Of a stretch of DNA of 64,000 nucleotides, positions 48,890-58,385 are shown one piece after another (position 1 is the first letter of the stretch; the number at the start of each line of letters is the position of its first letter). The notes below the pieces were generated by a model. It saw only the letters and a program-made list of their open reading frames with translations. It made no database searches and was not told the DNA's origin. Source of the DNA: Clostridiaceae bacterium (GTDB lineage: Bacteria; Bacillota; Clostridia; Christensenellales; CAG-138); NCBI GenBank assembly GCA_039683415.1, contig JBDKRL010000006.1:273827-337826 (forward strand), given 5' to 3'. Position numbers and translations under genes: made by a program.

Positions 48890-49606
48890 GCCGAGCACGT
48901 CGGACAGGATTTTGCTGTCCAGTATCTTGCCTTTCAGGCGGTCGGAAACGACAAAATAGTCGATTCGCCAGCCCGCGTTCCGGCTCCGCGCGCCGCCGAT
49001 GTAGCTCCACCAGCTGTAGGCTTCCGTCTTGTCGGGGTAAAAGTGACGGAAGGAATCTACAAAGCCGTTTTCCAGCAGGCGCGTCATACTGGCGCGCTCC
49101 TCATCCGAAAAACCGGCGTTCATGCGGTTCGTCTTTGGGTTTTTCAGGTCGATCTCCTTGTGCGCCACGTTCAAATCCCCGCAGACGATCACGGGTTTTC
49201 CGGCGTCCAGCGCTTTGATGTAGGCAAGGAACGCGTCTTCCCACGTCATGCGGTAACCGAGCCGCCGCAAACCGTCCTGCGAGTTCGGCGTGTAAACAGT
49301 CACAAAGTAGAAGCTCGGGTATTCCAGCGTGATGACCCGGCCTTCCGTATCGTGTTCGGGGATGCCAATGCCGTAGCGCACGGAAAGCGGCTCCCGTTTA
49401 ACGAACACCGCCGTGCCGGAGTAGCCTTTCTTTTCCGCGCTGTTCCAGTAAATTTTATATTCGCCCGCGTCGCCCTCGAACTGCTCGGGCTGCATTTTAG
49501 TCTCCTGCAGGGCGAGGATATCGGGGTCGGCGTCCTTTACAAAGTCATAGAAGCCTTTCGTGATGCAGGCGCGAAGCCCGTTGACGTTCCAGGAAATCAG
49601 CTTCAT
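48848..49606 (-). CDS. xth: Exodeoxyribonuclease III / AP endonuclease
   Basis: [32 protein letters not shown]. Confidence 0.96.
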   Translation of the reverse strand: MKLISWNVNGLRACITKGFYDFVKDADPDILALQETKMQPEQFEGDAGEYKIYWNSAEKKGYSGTAVFVKREPLSVRYGIGIPEHDTEGRVITLEYPSFYFVTVYTPNSQDGLRRLGYRMTWEDAFLAYIKALDAGKPVIVCGDLNVAHKEIDLKNPKTNRMNAGFSDEERASMTRLLENGFVDSFRHFYPDKTEAYSWWSYIGGARSRNAGWRIDYFVVSDRLKGKILDSKILSDVLGSDHCPVQLDTEAL

Positions 49607-49769
49607 TTTAATTGCTCCTTTGCGGCGGTTATTCTAATTCAATATAGCATATGTCGAAGCGATTGACAAACGCGGCGTAAGAATTCAACGTAAAGAATGC
49701 CTTCGAAAACGCAAAAGCAGCGGCTGCCGGACAAAAGCCGGATAATCGATAAGATTTGATCGAATATCG

Positions 49770-49812
49770 TTGACAAATGCGCGTGATCTGATAAAATGTA
49801 TCATATGAAACA
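49770..49812 (+). promoter_or_regulatory. Promoter plus Crp/Fnr-type palindrome
   Basis: TTGACA-N16-TAAAAT followed by TGTATC-ATAT-GAAACA. Confidence 0.55.
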
Positions 49813-49821
49813 GAAAGCGAG

Positions 49822-50523
49822 GTGACGCAGTTGAGCCGCTCGACCAACCCAACCGCATACGCGCATCAGATTGCGGGTACCTTTCTGTTTTTTGGCATTG
49901 CGGAAGACGAAATTTCCGCGCTGGTCTCTTCCGAAGGCGTCAGGGTGGAACACTTTGAAAAGGATCATGTAATCTTTGACCGCTTTGAGAACGAACGCGC
50001 GCTGGGCGTTATCCTCTTTGGCAGCTGCGTGGTGACAAAAGAGAGCGAGACGGGCAAAATGCCCATGAGCGTGCTTCGCCAGGGCGACCTGTTCGGAGCT
50101 GCGTCGCTGTTTCATCACGAAGCGCAGTATGTTGCGCGCGTAACGGCGGCGGAGAGCGCATGGATTCTGCTCATCTCCGAGGAAGCGCTCAAAGGCATGA
50201 TGCGAAAAGATTTCCGCATCGTGGAGAACTACCTTTCGTACCTGACCGCGCGGATCCGGTTTTTGAGCGAGCGGCTGGACGGCTTTTTGCCGCAGAGCGT
50301 GGAAGAGCGGGTGATGCAGTACGTCACACAGCGTGCGGAAAACGGGTTGTTCGAGTCCGAGTGGAGCGTCAGCGCGCTGGCGGAGTCGCTGCGCGTGAGC
50401 CGCACGACGCTCTACCGCGCCATCGATAAATTGATTGCCGAAGGCAGAATCGCAAAGCAAGGGCGAACGTTTCAACTGATTCAAACTGCAATAGCGAACG
50501 AACCGCCTTTCGATAGAGTTTGA
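49822..50523 (+). CDS. Crp/Fnr family transcriptional regulator
   Basis: cNMP-like GDLFG domain and C-terminal HTH LAESLRVSRTTLYR; GTG start after GAGG. Confidence 0.88.
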   Translation: MTQLSRSTNPTAYAHQIAGTFLFFGIAEDEISALVSSEGVRVEHFEKDHVIFDRFENERALGVILFGSCVVTKESETGKMPMSVLRQGDLFGAASLFHHEAQYVARVTAAESAWILLISEEALKGMMRKDFRIVENYLSYLTARIRFLSERLDGFLPQSVEERVMQYVTQRAENGLFESEWSVSALAESLRVSRTTLYRAIDKLIAEGRIAKQGRTFQLIQTAIANEPPFDRV

Positions 50524-50611
50524 TTAACAAATACGCATCGTCACCGGCTAAACGGAAGCTTTCAGTTTAACAAACACTGGCGGATCAGCCGCCGAAAAAA
50601 AGGAGAAAAAC

Positions 50612-51547
50612 ATGAAAAAAATCATCGCAGTCCTGTTGTTGGTCGCTATGCTGTTCGCTGTCGGGTGCGCAAAAACGCCCGCCGAACCGCTGAAAATTGC
50701 CGCGCTCAAAGGGCCGACCGGCATGGGAATTTCGTACCTGATGAGCGAAAAAACGGATTTGTACTCCGTGGAACTCTTCGACGCGCCCGATACGGTCGTC
50801 GGCAAGTTCGTCAGCGGGGAAATCGACGTTGCCGCCGTGCCGATCAATCTGGCCGCTACGCTGTATAACAAGACCGAAGGCAACGTGGTCGTCATCTGCG
50901 TGGATACGCTCGGCGTGCTGTACGTCGTTGAAAACGGGGACACCGTAAACTCGCTGGCCGACCTTGCGGGCAAAACCCTGCAGGCCACCGGTCAGGGCAG
51001 CACACCGCAGTTCGTGCTCGACTACCTGCTTTCGCTCAACAGTTTGACCGATCAGGTCACGGTGGAATACGTCGGCGAACACACCGCGCTTGCGGCGCTG
51101 CTGGCCAGCGGGGAATCGACGCTCGGCATGCTGCCGGAACCGTTCGTTTCCTCCGTGACGCTCAAAAATGCGAACGCGCGCATTGCCATTGACCTCAACG
51201 AAGAATGGGAAGCCGCGACGGGCACCAAGCTCGTGCAGGGCGTCTATATTGTCAACCGCGAATACTATAACCAGAATGCGGAAGTGATCCAGCAGTTCTT
51301 AACGGACTATCAGGATTCCGTCGACCGCGTGAACACGAATGTTGACGCTTCCGAGCTGCTCGCTACTCTCGGCATTGTCGCCTCGGCGGATATCGCCAAG
51401 GTTGCGATCCCGCGCAGCAACATCGTCTGCATCACCGGCGACGACATGGTGACTTCCGCGACCGCCATGCTGAACATCCTCTACAACGCCAACCCGGAAT
51501 CCGTTGGCGGCGCACTCCCGGGAGAAGACCTCTTCTACGCGGGCTGA
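50612..51547 (+). CDS. NitT/TauT-family ABC substrate-binding lipoprotein
   Basis: Lipobox AVGC, LKGPTG, LPEPFVS. Confidence 0.88.
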   Translation: MKKIIAVLLLVAMLFAVGCAKTPAEPLKIAALKGPTGMGISYLMSEKTDLYSVELFDAPDTVVGKFVSGEIDVAAVPINLAATLYNKTEGNVVVICVDTLGVLYVVENGDTVNSLADLAGKTLQATGQGSTPQFVLDYLLSLNSLTDQVTVEYVGEHTALAALLASGESTLGMLPEPFVSSVTLKNANARIAIDLNEEWEAATGTKLVQGVYIVNREYYNQNAEVIQQFLTDYQDSVDRVNTNVDASELLATLGIVASADIAKVAIPRSNIVCITGDDMVTSATAMLNILYNANPESVGGALPGEDLFYAG

Positions 51548-51548
51548 T

Positions 51549-52292
51549 ATGCTCAAAAAGCATACCTGGCTGAAAAAAGCGCTGATTGCGCTCGTCTATC
51601 TGGCGGTTTGGGAAGCGGTCAGCCTGCTCGTTGGGCAGGAACTGCTGCTTCCCTCGCCGTTTGCAACCATCCGGCGGCTCGTAGAACTGCTGGGCGTCGG
51701 CGAGAGCTGGGCATATGCCGGGCTCTCGCTTTTGCGCATTATGAGCGGCTATGCGCTGGGCGTGGCAGGCGGCGTGCTGCTAGCGGTTCTGACCGCAAAG
51801 AGCCGGTTTGCCGAAAGCCTGCTATCTCCGCTGCGCGGGGTGGTCAAGGCCACGCCGGTTACGTCGTTTATCCTGCTGGCGCTGCTCTGGTTCCATTCCG
51901 ACCTTGTGCCGCTGCTGATTTCGTTTTTGATGGTGCTGCCGATGGTCTGGGCGGACACGGCGGACGCTATTTTGCATACCGATTTGCGCCTTGTCGAAAT
52001 GGGCAAGACATTCGGGCTTTCCAAGGCAAGAATCATACTCAAAATCTATGTGCCGTCGGTTCTGCCGCAGTTTCTCGCAGCCTGCACGACGTCCCTCGGC
52101 TTTGCCTGGAAATCCGGCGTCGCGGCGGAAATCATCGCGCTGCCGAAACAGTCGATCGGTTACCAGCTCTATATTTCCAAACTCCGCATCGAAACGGTGG
52201 ATTTATTCGCCTGGACGCTGTTAGTCATTCTGCTTTCGATGCTGCTGGAATGGCTGCTCGTCTCCGGCATGAGGAGGATACGCCATGATTAA
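51549..52292 (+). CDS. NitT/TauT-family ABC permease
   Basis: LLPSP, EMGKTFG loop, AWKSGVAAE. Confidence 0.9.
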   Translation: MLKKHTWLKKALIALVYLAVWEAVSLLVGQELLLPSPFATIRRLVELLGVGESWAYAGLSLLRIMSGYALGVAGGVLLAVLTAKSRFAESLLSPLRGVVKATPVTSFILLALLWFHSDLVPLLISFLMVLPMVWADTADAILHTDLRLVEMGKTFGLSKARIILKIYVPSVLPQFLAACTTSLGFAWKSGVAAEIIALPKQSIGYQLYISKLRIETVDLFAWTLLVILLSMLLEWLLVSGMRRIRHD

Positions 52293-52866
52293 GCTTAGGG
52301 GGATCAGCCTCGCGTTCAATTATCAAAGCGTGTTTTCCGAACTGTCCGCGGATATTCCCTCAGAAGGCGTAACGGTGTTTCGCGGCCCTTCCGGCGCGGG
52401 CAAAACCACGCTGTTTCGGATTCTGCTGGGATTACAGCAGCCGGATTCCGGTTCGGTCAGCGGATTTGCGTTTCAAAAACCTGCCGTGGTGTTTCAGGAG
52501 GACAGGCTGCTGCCTTGGGCAAGCGCGCTGGAGAATGTTTCACTCGTTTCCGATCTCGCGGCGGCGGAGCGTGCGCTCGGCGTTCTTGGCCTTGGCGGAA
52601 ATCTGAGTCAGCTCCCGCGCGAGCTCTCCGGCGGCATGCGGCGGCGCGTGGCGATTGCGCGCGCGCTGAGTTACGGCGGGGACGCGCTGTTTCTGGACGA
52701 ACCGTTTACCGGACTGGACGAAGCGAATAAAATCATCGCTTCTCAGGCGGTGCGCGCATCCGGCGTCCCTGTTTACGTCATTACGCACGAGGACGACGAG
52801 GCGGCGCTCTTTGGCGAACACACGACCGTTACGATTGGGCAGACCGGCGGGAATGAAAACGCATAA
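52285..52866 (+). CDS. ABC ATP-binding protein
   Basis: GPSGAGKT, FQEDRLLPW, LSGGM, LDEPF. Confidence 0.93.
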   Translation: MIKLRGISLAFNYQSVFSELSADIPSEGVTVFRGPSGAGKTTLFRILLGLQQPDSGSVSGFAFQKPAVVFQEDRLLPWASALENVSLVSDLAAAERALGVLGLGGNLSQLPRELSGGMRRRVAIARALSYGGDALFLDEPFTGLDEANKIIASQAVRASGVPVYVITHEDDEAALFGEHTTVTIGQTGGNENA

Positions 52867-52959
52867 ACAATCGATCCCAAGATCAAACACAAGATGAAAT
52901 ATTGAGTATTCCGCCGGATGGTGGTATACTCAATTATTATTATCGGGGAGGTATGGAGT

Positions 52960-53898
52960 ATGAAATTTACGCTGCGCGAAAAAAGGTTTCCCTCCGCGAC
53001 CGGTCTGTGTGACATCCGCTATCGTATGTGGATACCCGAAGACCCGCACGCCGCACTGCAGATTACGCATGGTATGGCGGAGCACATCGACCGCTATGAA
53101 GAGTTTGCTTCGTTTTTAGCCGAAAACGGGATTCTCGTCTACGGCAACGACATCGCAAGTCACGGAAAGAGCATTCGCGACGGCGTACCGAAGGGTTACT
53201 TCGGCGAAAAGGACGGCTGGAACGCCATTGTGCAGGATATGCGCACCATGCGCGATCTGGTCAAAACGGACTTTCCCGGCATCCCGTTCATCCTCCTCGG
53301 CCACTCCATGGGCTCGTTCCTTGCGCGCACCTATGCCGGGCGCGACGGCACGGATTTTGACGCATTCATCTTTTCCGGCACAGCGGGGAGCAACCCCGTT
53401 CTCGCAATCGGCAAACTGATTGCCAAGAACGAAATCAAAAAAACCGGCGGCAAACAGCCGAGCATTACGCTGTTCAACATGAGCTTCGGCTCATACAACA
53501 AGGCGTTCAAACCCAACCGCACCGTCAACGACTGGCTCTCGCGCGACAACGCTAAGGTAGATGCTTATGTTGCCGACGAAAACTGCGGCTTCCCGTTCAC
53601 CGCGCATGCCATGTACGACGTGTTTACGGGTTTGACCGAGATATCCAACGATAAGTGGGCAAAGCGCGTCCCCAAGCGCCCGATTCTCGTGATGTCCGGC
53701 GCAAAAGACCCCGTCGGCGGAGCAGGCAAGGGCGTCAAGCAAGTCTATGGCTGGCTCAAAGCGAGCGGGCACGACGTCGAACTCAAGCTCTACGAAGACG
53801 GCCGCCACGAGATGCTCAACGAAATCAATCGCAAGGATGTCTATAACGATATCCTCCTCTTCATCAACGCCGTGGAAGCGATGGGAGAGCGGAAATGA
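52960..53898 (+). CDS. Alpha/beta hydrolase (lysophospholipase-like)
   Basis: HGMAEH, GHSMG nucleophile, DPVG, RHEMLNE. Confidence 0.92.
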   Translation: MKFTLREKRFPSATGLCDIRYRMWIPEDPHAALQITHGMAEHIDRYEEFASFLAENGILVYGNDIASHGKSIRDGVPKGYFGEKDGWNAIVQDMRTMRDLVKTDFPGIPFILLGHSMGSFLARTYAGRDGTDFDAFIFSGTAGSNPVLAIGKLIAKNEIKKTGGKQPSITLFNMSFGSYNKAFKPNRTVNDWLSRDNAKVDAYVADENCGFPFTAHAMYDVFTGLTEISNDKWAKRVPKRPILVMSGAKDPVGGAGKGVKQVYGWLKASGHDVELKLYEDGRHEMLNEINRKDVYNDILLFINAVEAMGERK

Positions 53899-54563
53899 GC
53901 GTACTGGTCTATCGGGACAGCGACACGCTCAGCCAGGCCGTGGCAACGCTGCTCACCGGGTGCATCATCGAAAAACCGGCGTCCGCGCTGGGGCTTGACT
54001 GCTCGCAGACGCTTGCTGCTGCTTACCGCAAAATTGCGGGCATGACCAGCGACGGTCTGCTCGATTGGGCCACCATCCGTGCCTTTAACCTCTACGAACA
54101 CGTCCGCGCGGATTCGGAAACGAGCGCGGCTTCCCGCATGCACGCCATGCTCTACGACCGCGTAAATATCCCGCCGGACAGTATCTTTGCGCCTAATACG
54201 GATACGCGGGACTGGAGCGTCGTCTGCAACGAATACGAGGACAATATCCTTGGCGTAGGCGGACTGGACACCGTTGTCTGCGTGATCGAAAAAGACGGGC
54301 GGATTGCCTGCAATATGCCTTCCAGCGAGCTGGCTCCCGTGACCCATGTGGAGCGGACGGAGAACGGCCGCGTGGTCACCGTCGGCATTTCGACCATCAT
54401 GTCCGCTCGCCGCGTTATCGCGGTGCTCTCCGGGTTTGAACTGTCCCAGACCGCGGGACTGGTCATCAACGGTCCGATCGTGCCAACCGTTCCCGCCAGC
54501 TACCTACAGCTGCATTCCAACGCCATATTCATGCTGGACGAAGACGCGGCGGAACATATTTAA
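53895..54563 (+). CDS. Glucosamine-6-phosphate deaminase (NagB)-like protein with a degenerate active site
   Basis: NagB-like layout: TVGISTIMSARR, GPI.PTVPASYLQLH, LDEDAA; catalytic motifs altered. Confidence 0.8.
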   Translation: MSVLVYRDSDTLSQAVATLLTGCIIEKPASALGLDCSQTLAAAYRKIAGMTSDGLLDWATIRAFNLYEHVRADSETSAASRMHAMLYDRVNIPPDSIFAPNTDTRDWSVVCNEYEDNILGVGGLDTVVCVIEKDGRIACNMPSSELAPVTHVERTENGRVVTVGISTIMSARRVIAVLSGFELSQTAGLVINGPIVPTVPASYLQLHSNAIFMLDEDAAEHI

Positions 54564-54589
54564 TACAAAGCGATTAAACGGAGCGTACG

Positions 54590-55168
54590 ATGGCGGAACT
54601 GAGCTGGGAATCCATCGAGACGGAACTGCAAAACTGCCAGCGCTGCGGGCTTTGCAAGGCGCGCAGCCACGTCGTCCTTGGCGAAGGAAGCCGCTCTGCC
54701 GATATCCTGTTTGTCGGCGAAGGACCCGGCGGGGACGAAGACCGTTTGGGCCGTCCGTTCGTTGGAAAAGCGGGCCAGCTGCTGGATCGCATGATCGCAG
54801 CCATTGACATGAAGCGCGAAGACCTGTATATTACCAACGTTGTCAAATGCCGTCCGCCGGGCAACCGCACCCCACAGGAAGAGGAAGCGCAGGCCTGCCT
54901 GCCGATCCTCCGAAAGCAGTATGCGCTGATCCGCCCCAAGATCGTCGTCTGTCTAGGCGCGACCGCGGCAAAGTATGTATACGCTCCCGAAGCGCGCATT
55001 ACCCGCGACCGCGGCAAGTGGATCGAGAAAAACGGCGTCTGGTTTCTGCCGACATACCATCCGGCTGCGCTCCTGCGCGACGAAACAAAAAAGCGCGACG
55101 TCTGGGAAGACCTCCAGGCGATCGCAAAAAAATACACCGAGATTCAGCATGACAGCAAGAAAATCTAG
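54590..55168 (+). CDS. Uracil-DNA glycosylase family 4
   Basis: CxxC, GEGPG, PFVG.AG, NVVKCRPP.NR, YHPA. Confidence 0.95.
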   Translation: MAELSWESIETELQNCQRCGLCKARSHVVLGEGSRSADILFVGEGPGGDEDRLGRPFVGKAGQLLDRMIAAIDMKREDLYITNVVKCRPPGNRTPQEEEAQACLPILRKQYALIRPKIVVCLGATAAKYVYAPEARITRDRGKWIEKNGVWFLPTYHPAALLRDETKKRDVWEDLQAIAKKYTEIQHDSKKI

Positions 55169-55177
55169 GAGGATTTT

Positions 55178-55915
55178 ATGTCAGGACATTCCAAGTGGGC
55201 CAACATTAAAAATAAAAAGGAAAAGACGGACTCGCAGCGCGGCAGGATCTTCACCAAGATCGGCCGTGAGCTTGCCATCGCCGTCAAAGAGGGCGGCCCA
55301 GACCCGGTCAACAACAATAAACTGCGCGACGTGATTGCCAAAGCCAAGGCGAACAACATGCCGAACGACAACATTGCCCGTTCGATTAAAAAAGCCGCCG
55401 GCGAAGGCTCTTCCGTCAACTACGAAGAAATCACTTACGAAGGCTACGGCCCGGGCAACATGGCCGTGATCGTATCCGTCGTAACGGATAACCGCAACCG
55501 CACCGCCGCGGAGATGCGGCATATTTTCGACAAGAGCGGCGGCAATCTCGGCAACAGCGGGTGCGTCGGCTGGATGTTCGACAAAAAAGGCCTCATCGTC
55601 ATTGAGCGCACCGCCAAGATGGACGAGGACGAAGTCATGATGCAAGCGCTGGAAGCGGGCGCGGCGGATTTTGTAGCGCAGGACGACGCGTTTGAAATCT
55701 ATACCGACCCGATGGAATTTTCCAAAGTGCGCGAAGCGCTCGAAGCGCTCAAGTATGAATTCATCTCCGCCGACGTGCAGATGATTCCGCAGAACACCGT
55801 GACCATTACCGACCCGGAAACGGTCGAAAAGATTTCGCGCTTCCTCGAGCGCCTCGACGAAAATGAGGACGTGCAGGAAGTCTTCCACAACGGCATTCTG
55901 CCCGAGGATGCGTAA
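55178..55915 (+). CDS. YebC/PmpR family protein
   Basis: MSGHSKWANIK, YEGYGPG, TDNRNRT. Confidence 0.97.
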   Translation: MSGHSKWANIKNKKEKTDSQRGRIFTKIGRELAIAVKEGGPDPVNNNKLRDVIAKAKANNMPNDNIARSIKKAAGEGSSVNYEEITYEGYGPGNMAVIVSVVTDNRNRTAAEMRHIFDKSGGNLGNSGCVGWMFDKKGLIVIERTAKMDEDEVMMQALEAGAADFVAQDDAFEIYTDPMEFSKVREALEALKYEFISADVQMIPQNTVTITDPETVEKISRFLERLDENEDVQEVFHNGILPEDA

Positions 55916-56058
55916 CGAAGCAGTTTTCGCGCGTTTGCGAAATCTTCACAGGCTGGATACAATAACGCCTTGCGAGAGTCCGCAGGAGGCTGGTTACGCG
56001 GTTGCGGGCAAAAATTGCATGGTATAAAATAGAACCAACGAAAAAGGAGGCGTAACTT

Positions 56059-56412
56059 ATGGCAGCGGAAATGTCTACGACATTGGGAAAGATTATGATT
56101 GCGGACGACCTGATCGCCAGCATCGCCGGCTACGCGGCTGTGGAAAACTACGGCATCGTCGGCATGAGTGCCAAGAAAGCGGCAGACCCTTTCATAGAAC
56201 TGTTTGGAAAAGATAATATGCGCCGCGGCGTCAAGGTTACGATACTTTCACCCGAAGTGATCGATATCGATCTCTATGTAACGCTCGAGTACGGCGTGTC
56301 CCTGCCTGCCGTGGCGCAGAACGCCAAGAGCAACGTGAAATACCGGGTGGAAGAAATGACGGGTCTGACGGTTCACGCCGTCAACGTCCACGTTGAAAGC
56401 ATTCGCGTATAA
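56059..56412 (+). CDS. Asp23/Gls24 family protein (YloU-like)
   Basis: YGIVGM, EYGV, VEEMTGL; directly upstream of the DAK2 gene. Confidence 0.93.
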   Translation: MAAEMSTTLGKIMIADDLIASIAGYAAVENYGIVGMSAKKAADPFIELFGKDNMRRGVKVTILSPEVIDIDLYVTLEYGVSLPAVAQNAKSNVKYRVEEMTGLTVHAVNVHVESIRV

Positions 56413-56451
56413 CGCAGTTCGGCCTTGGGTTCCGAACATACGGAGGGAAAA

Positions 56452-58092
56452 TTGGATAAAAATGTAACGATCGGCGGCGCACAGCTGCGCGATATGATTA
56501 TCGCCGGCGCAGTGCTGCTGGAGAAGAACAAAGCGGCGATCGACGCTTTGAATGTATTTCCTGTCCCGGACGGCGACACGGGAACGAATATGTCCATGAC
56601 GATGCAGAGCGCGGTGCGGGAAGTACGCGCGCTGCCGGAAGACGCAACCGCAACGCAGGTGGCCGACGCGCTGAGCATGGGCGCGCTCAAAGGCGCACGC
56701 GGCAATTCCGGCGTCATCCTGTCCCAGCTCTTTCGCGGGTTTTCCCGCGCGTTTAAAGGCGCCGCCGTCGTTGACGCGGAGCTTCTGTCGCGCGCGCTGA
56801 CCATGGGCAGCGAGGCGGCGTATAAGGCCGTCATGAAGCCGAAGGAAGGCACGATTCTGACCGTTTCGCGTGTGATTGCGGAAAACGTCGAGCAGCGCCA
56901 GCAACAGGGCGCAAACATCTACCGCCTGATGGACGTTATCCTCGACGTTGGCGAAAAAGCGCTGGCGGAAACGCCCAAGCAGCTCCCCGTGCTCAAGGAA
57001 GCTGGGGTTGTGGATTCCGGCGGAAAAGGGTTGTTAACCATCTATCGCGGTTTCAAACTCTCGCTCGACGGCGAAGAGGTGGAAAACTACGAAGAGCTGG
57101 TTTCGGACAAACCCGCGGAACTGCGCAACGAGGACAGCTTCTCCGGCGAGAACATCGTTTACGGCTATTGCACGGAATTTTTTATCATTCATTTAGCGCC
57201 GGAAACGACCGAAGCCGAGCAGGAGAGCTTCCGCAACCATCTGGAACGGCTGGGCGACTCCGTTGTGGTCGCCAGCGACGCGGACATGATTAAAGTGCAT
57301 GTCCACTCCAATTCACCCGGCAAGGTGCTGCAGATGGCGCTGCGCCTTGGCGAACTGGAACATCTCAAAATTGAAAACATGCGCGAGCAGAACCGCCAGC
57401 TCATGGAGGAGCGCAAGCGCAACGAAAAGGAATTCGGCCTGCTTGCCGTCAGCACCGGCGAAGGGATCGACGAACTCTTCCGCGCGCTGGCCGTGGACGC
57501 GCTGATTTCCGGCGGGCAGACCATGAACCCCAGCATCGATACGATTGCGTCCGCAATCAACAAGATCAACGCGAAAAAGGTCTTTGTGCTGCCGAACAAC
57601 TCCAACATCATTCTCGCGGCGCAGCAGGCAAGCGAACTGACCGAAAAAGGCGTTGTGCTGATTCCGACCAAGACGATTCCGCAGGGGATCGCCGCCTGCA
57701 TGGCCTACTCCAAGGATTCCTCCATTGAGGAAAACGAAGCGGCCATGAAGGACGCCATCGGCGAAGTCGTCAGCGGCGCGGTTACCTATGCCGTGCGCGA
57801 CACGACCATTGAGGGCACCAAGATCCATAAGGGCGATATCATAGGACTGCTCAATAACCATATAGCCGTTTCCTGCGCGAGCGTAGAGGAATCGACCGCC
57901 GCGCTGGTGCGCAAGATGATTGCCGAAAAAGGCGACAGCGGATGCACCGTGACGCTTTATTACGGCGAAGGGCAGGACGAGAACAATGCCGCCGCCATTA
58001 CGGAACCGCTCCAGAGCGAGTTCCCGGACGCGGAGTTCGTCGTGCTCGCGGGCGGCCAGCCGCTCTACTACTACTACATCGCCGTGCAGTAA
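56452..58092 (+). CDS. DAK2-domain fatty acid kinase catalytic subunit (FakA/YloV)
   Basis: LNVFPVPDGDTGTNM, GNSGVILSQ, YGYCTE, KVHVH, GGQTMNPS; TTG start after GGAGGG. Confidence 0.95.
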   Translation: MDKNVTIGGAQLRDMIIAGAVLLEKNKAAIDALNVFPVPDGDTGTNMSMTMQSAVREVRALPEDATATQVADALSMGALKGARGNSGVILSQLFRGFSRAFKGAAVVDAELLSRALTMGSEAAYKAVMKPKEGTILTVSRVIAENVEQRQQQGANIYRLMDVILDVGEKALAETPKQLPVLKEAGVVDSGGKGLLTIYRGFKLSLDGEEVENYEELVSDKPAELRNEDSFSGENIVYGYCTEFFIIHLAPETTEAEQESFRNHLERLGDSVVVASDADMIKVHVHSNSPGKVLQMALRLGELEHLKIENMREQNRQLMEERKRNEKEFGLLAVSTGEGIDELFRALAVDALISGGQTMNPSIDTIASAINKINAKKVFVLPNNSNIILAAQQASELTEKGVVLIPTKTIPQGIAACMAYSKDSSIEENEAAMKDAIGEVVSGAVTYAVRDTTIEGTKIHKGDIIGLLNNHIAVSCASVEESTAALVRKMIAEKGDSGCTVTLYYGEGQDENNAAAITEPLQSEFPDAEFVVLAGGQPLYYYYIAVQ

Positions 58093-58098
58093 AAGGCG

Positions 58099-58266
58099 GC
58101 GGGTTCTCAGGGCTGCCTAAGCCCTGAGCAGGAGTATGAGGGCGGAGCCCTCAAAATAAAGATAAGGGCTCCGCCCTTAGAAACCCGCTAAGGGCTCTGC
58201 CCTTAGAAACCCGCTAAGGGCTCTGCCCTTAGAAACTCGCATAGGGCTGCCGCCCTATGAACCTGC
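58099..58266. repeat. REP-like hairpin array (2 reverse + 4 forward units of about 26 bp)
   Basis: TAAGGGCTCyGCCCTTAGAAACyCGC at 58163, 58189 and 58215; variant at 58241; reverse-oriented variants at 58099-58153. Confidence 0.9.
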
Positions 58267-58385
58267 ACAGAACCGTTCATAAAAAGAACAGTAAAGGATT
58301 TGGCCGACGACGGAGGAGGCGCCGCTCGAAACAAGCGTTCGGCGGAACCACAATCCGCCGCCGGCCATCGCTTTTTTACCAGCCT

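Noticed and set aside
49652-49658. Single TGTCGAA (0A box) between xth and crp
   Set aside because: One 7-mer is expected by chance, and this Spo0A has an altered recognition helix.
55935-56030. Possible triple echo (TTGCG...GGCTGG.TAC) upstream of yloU
   Set aside because: Too degenerate to separate from chance by eye.
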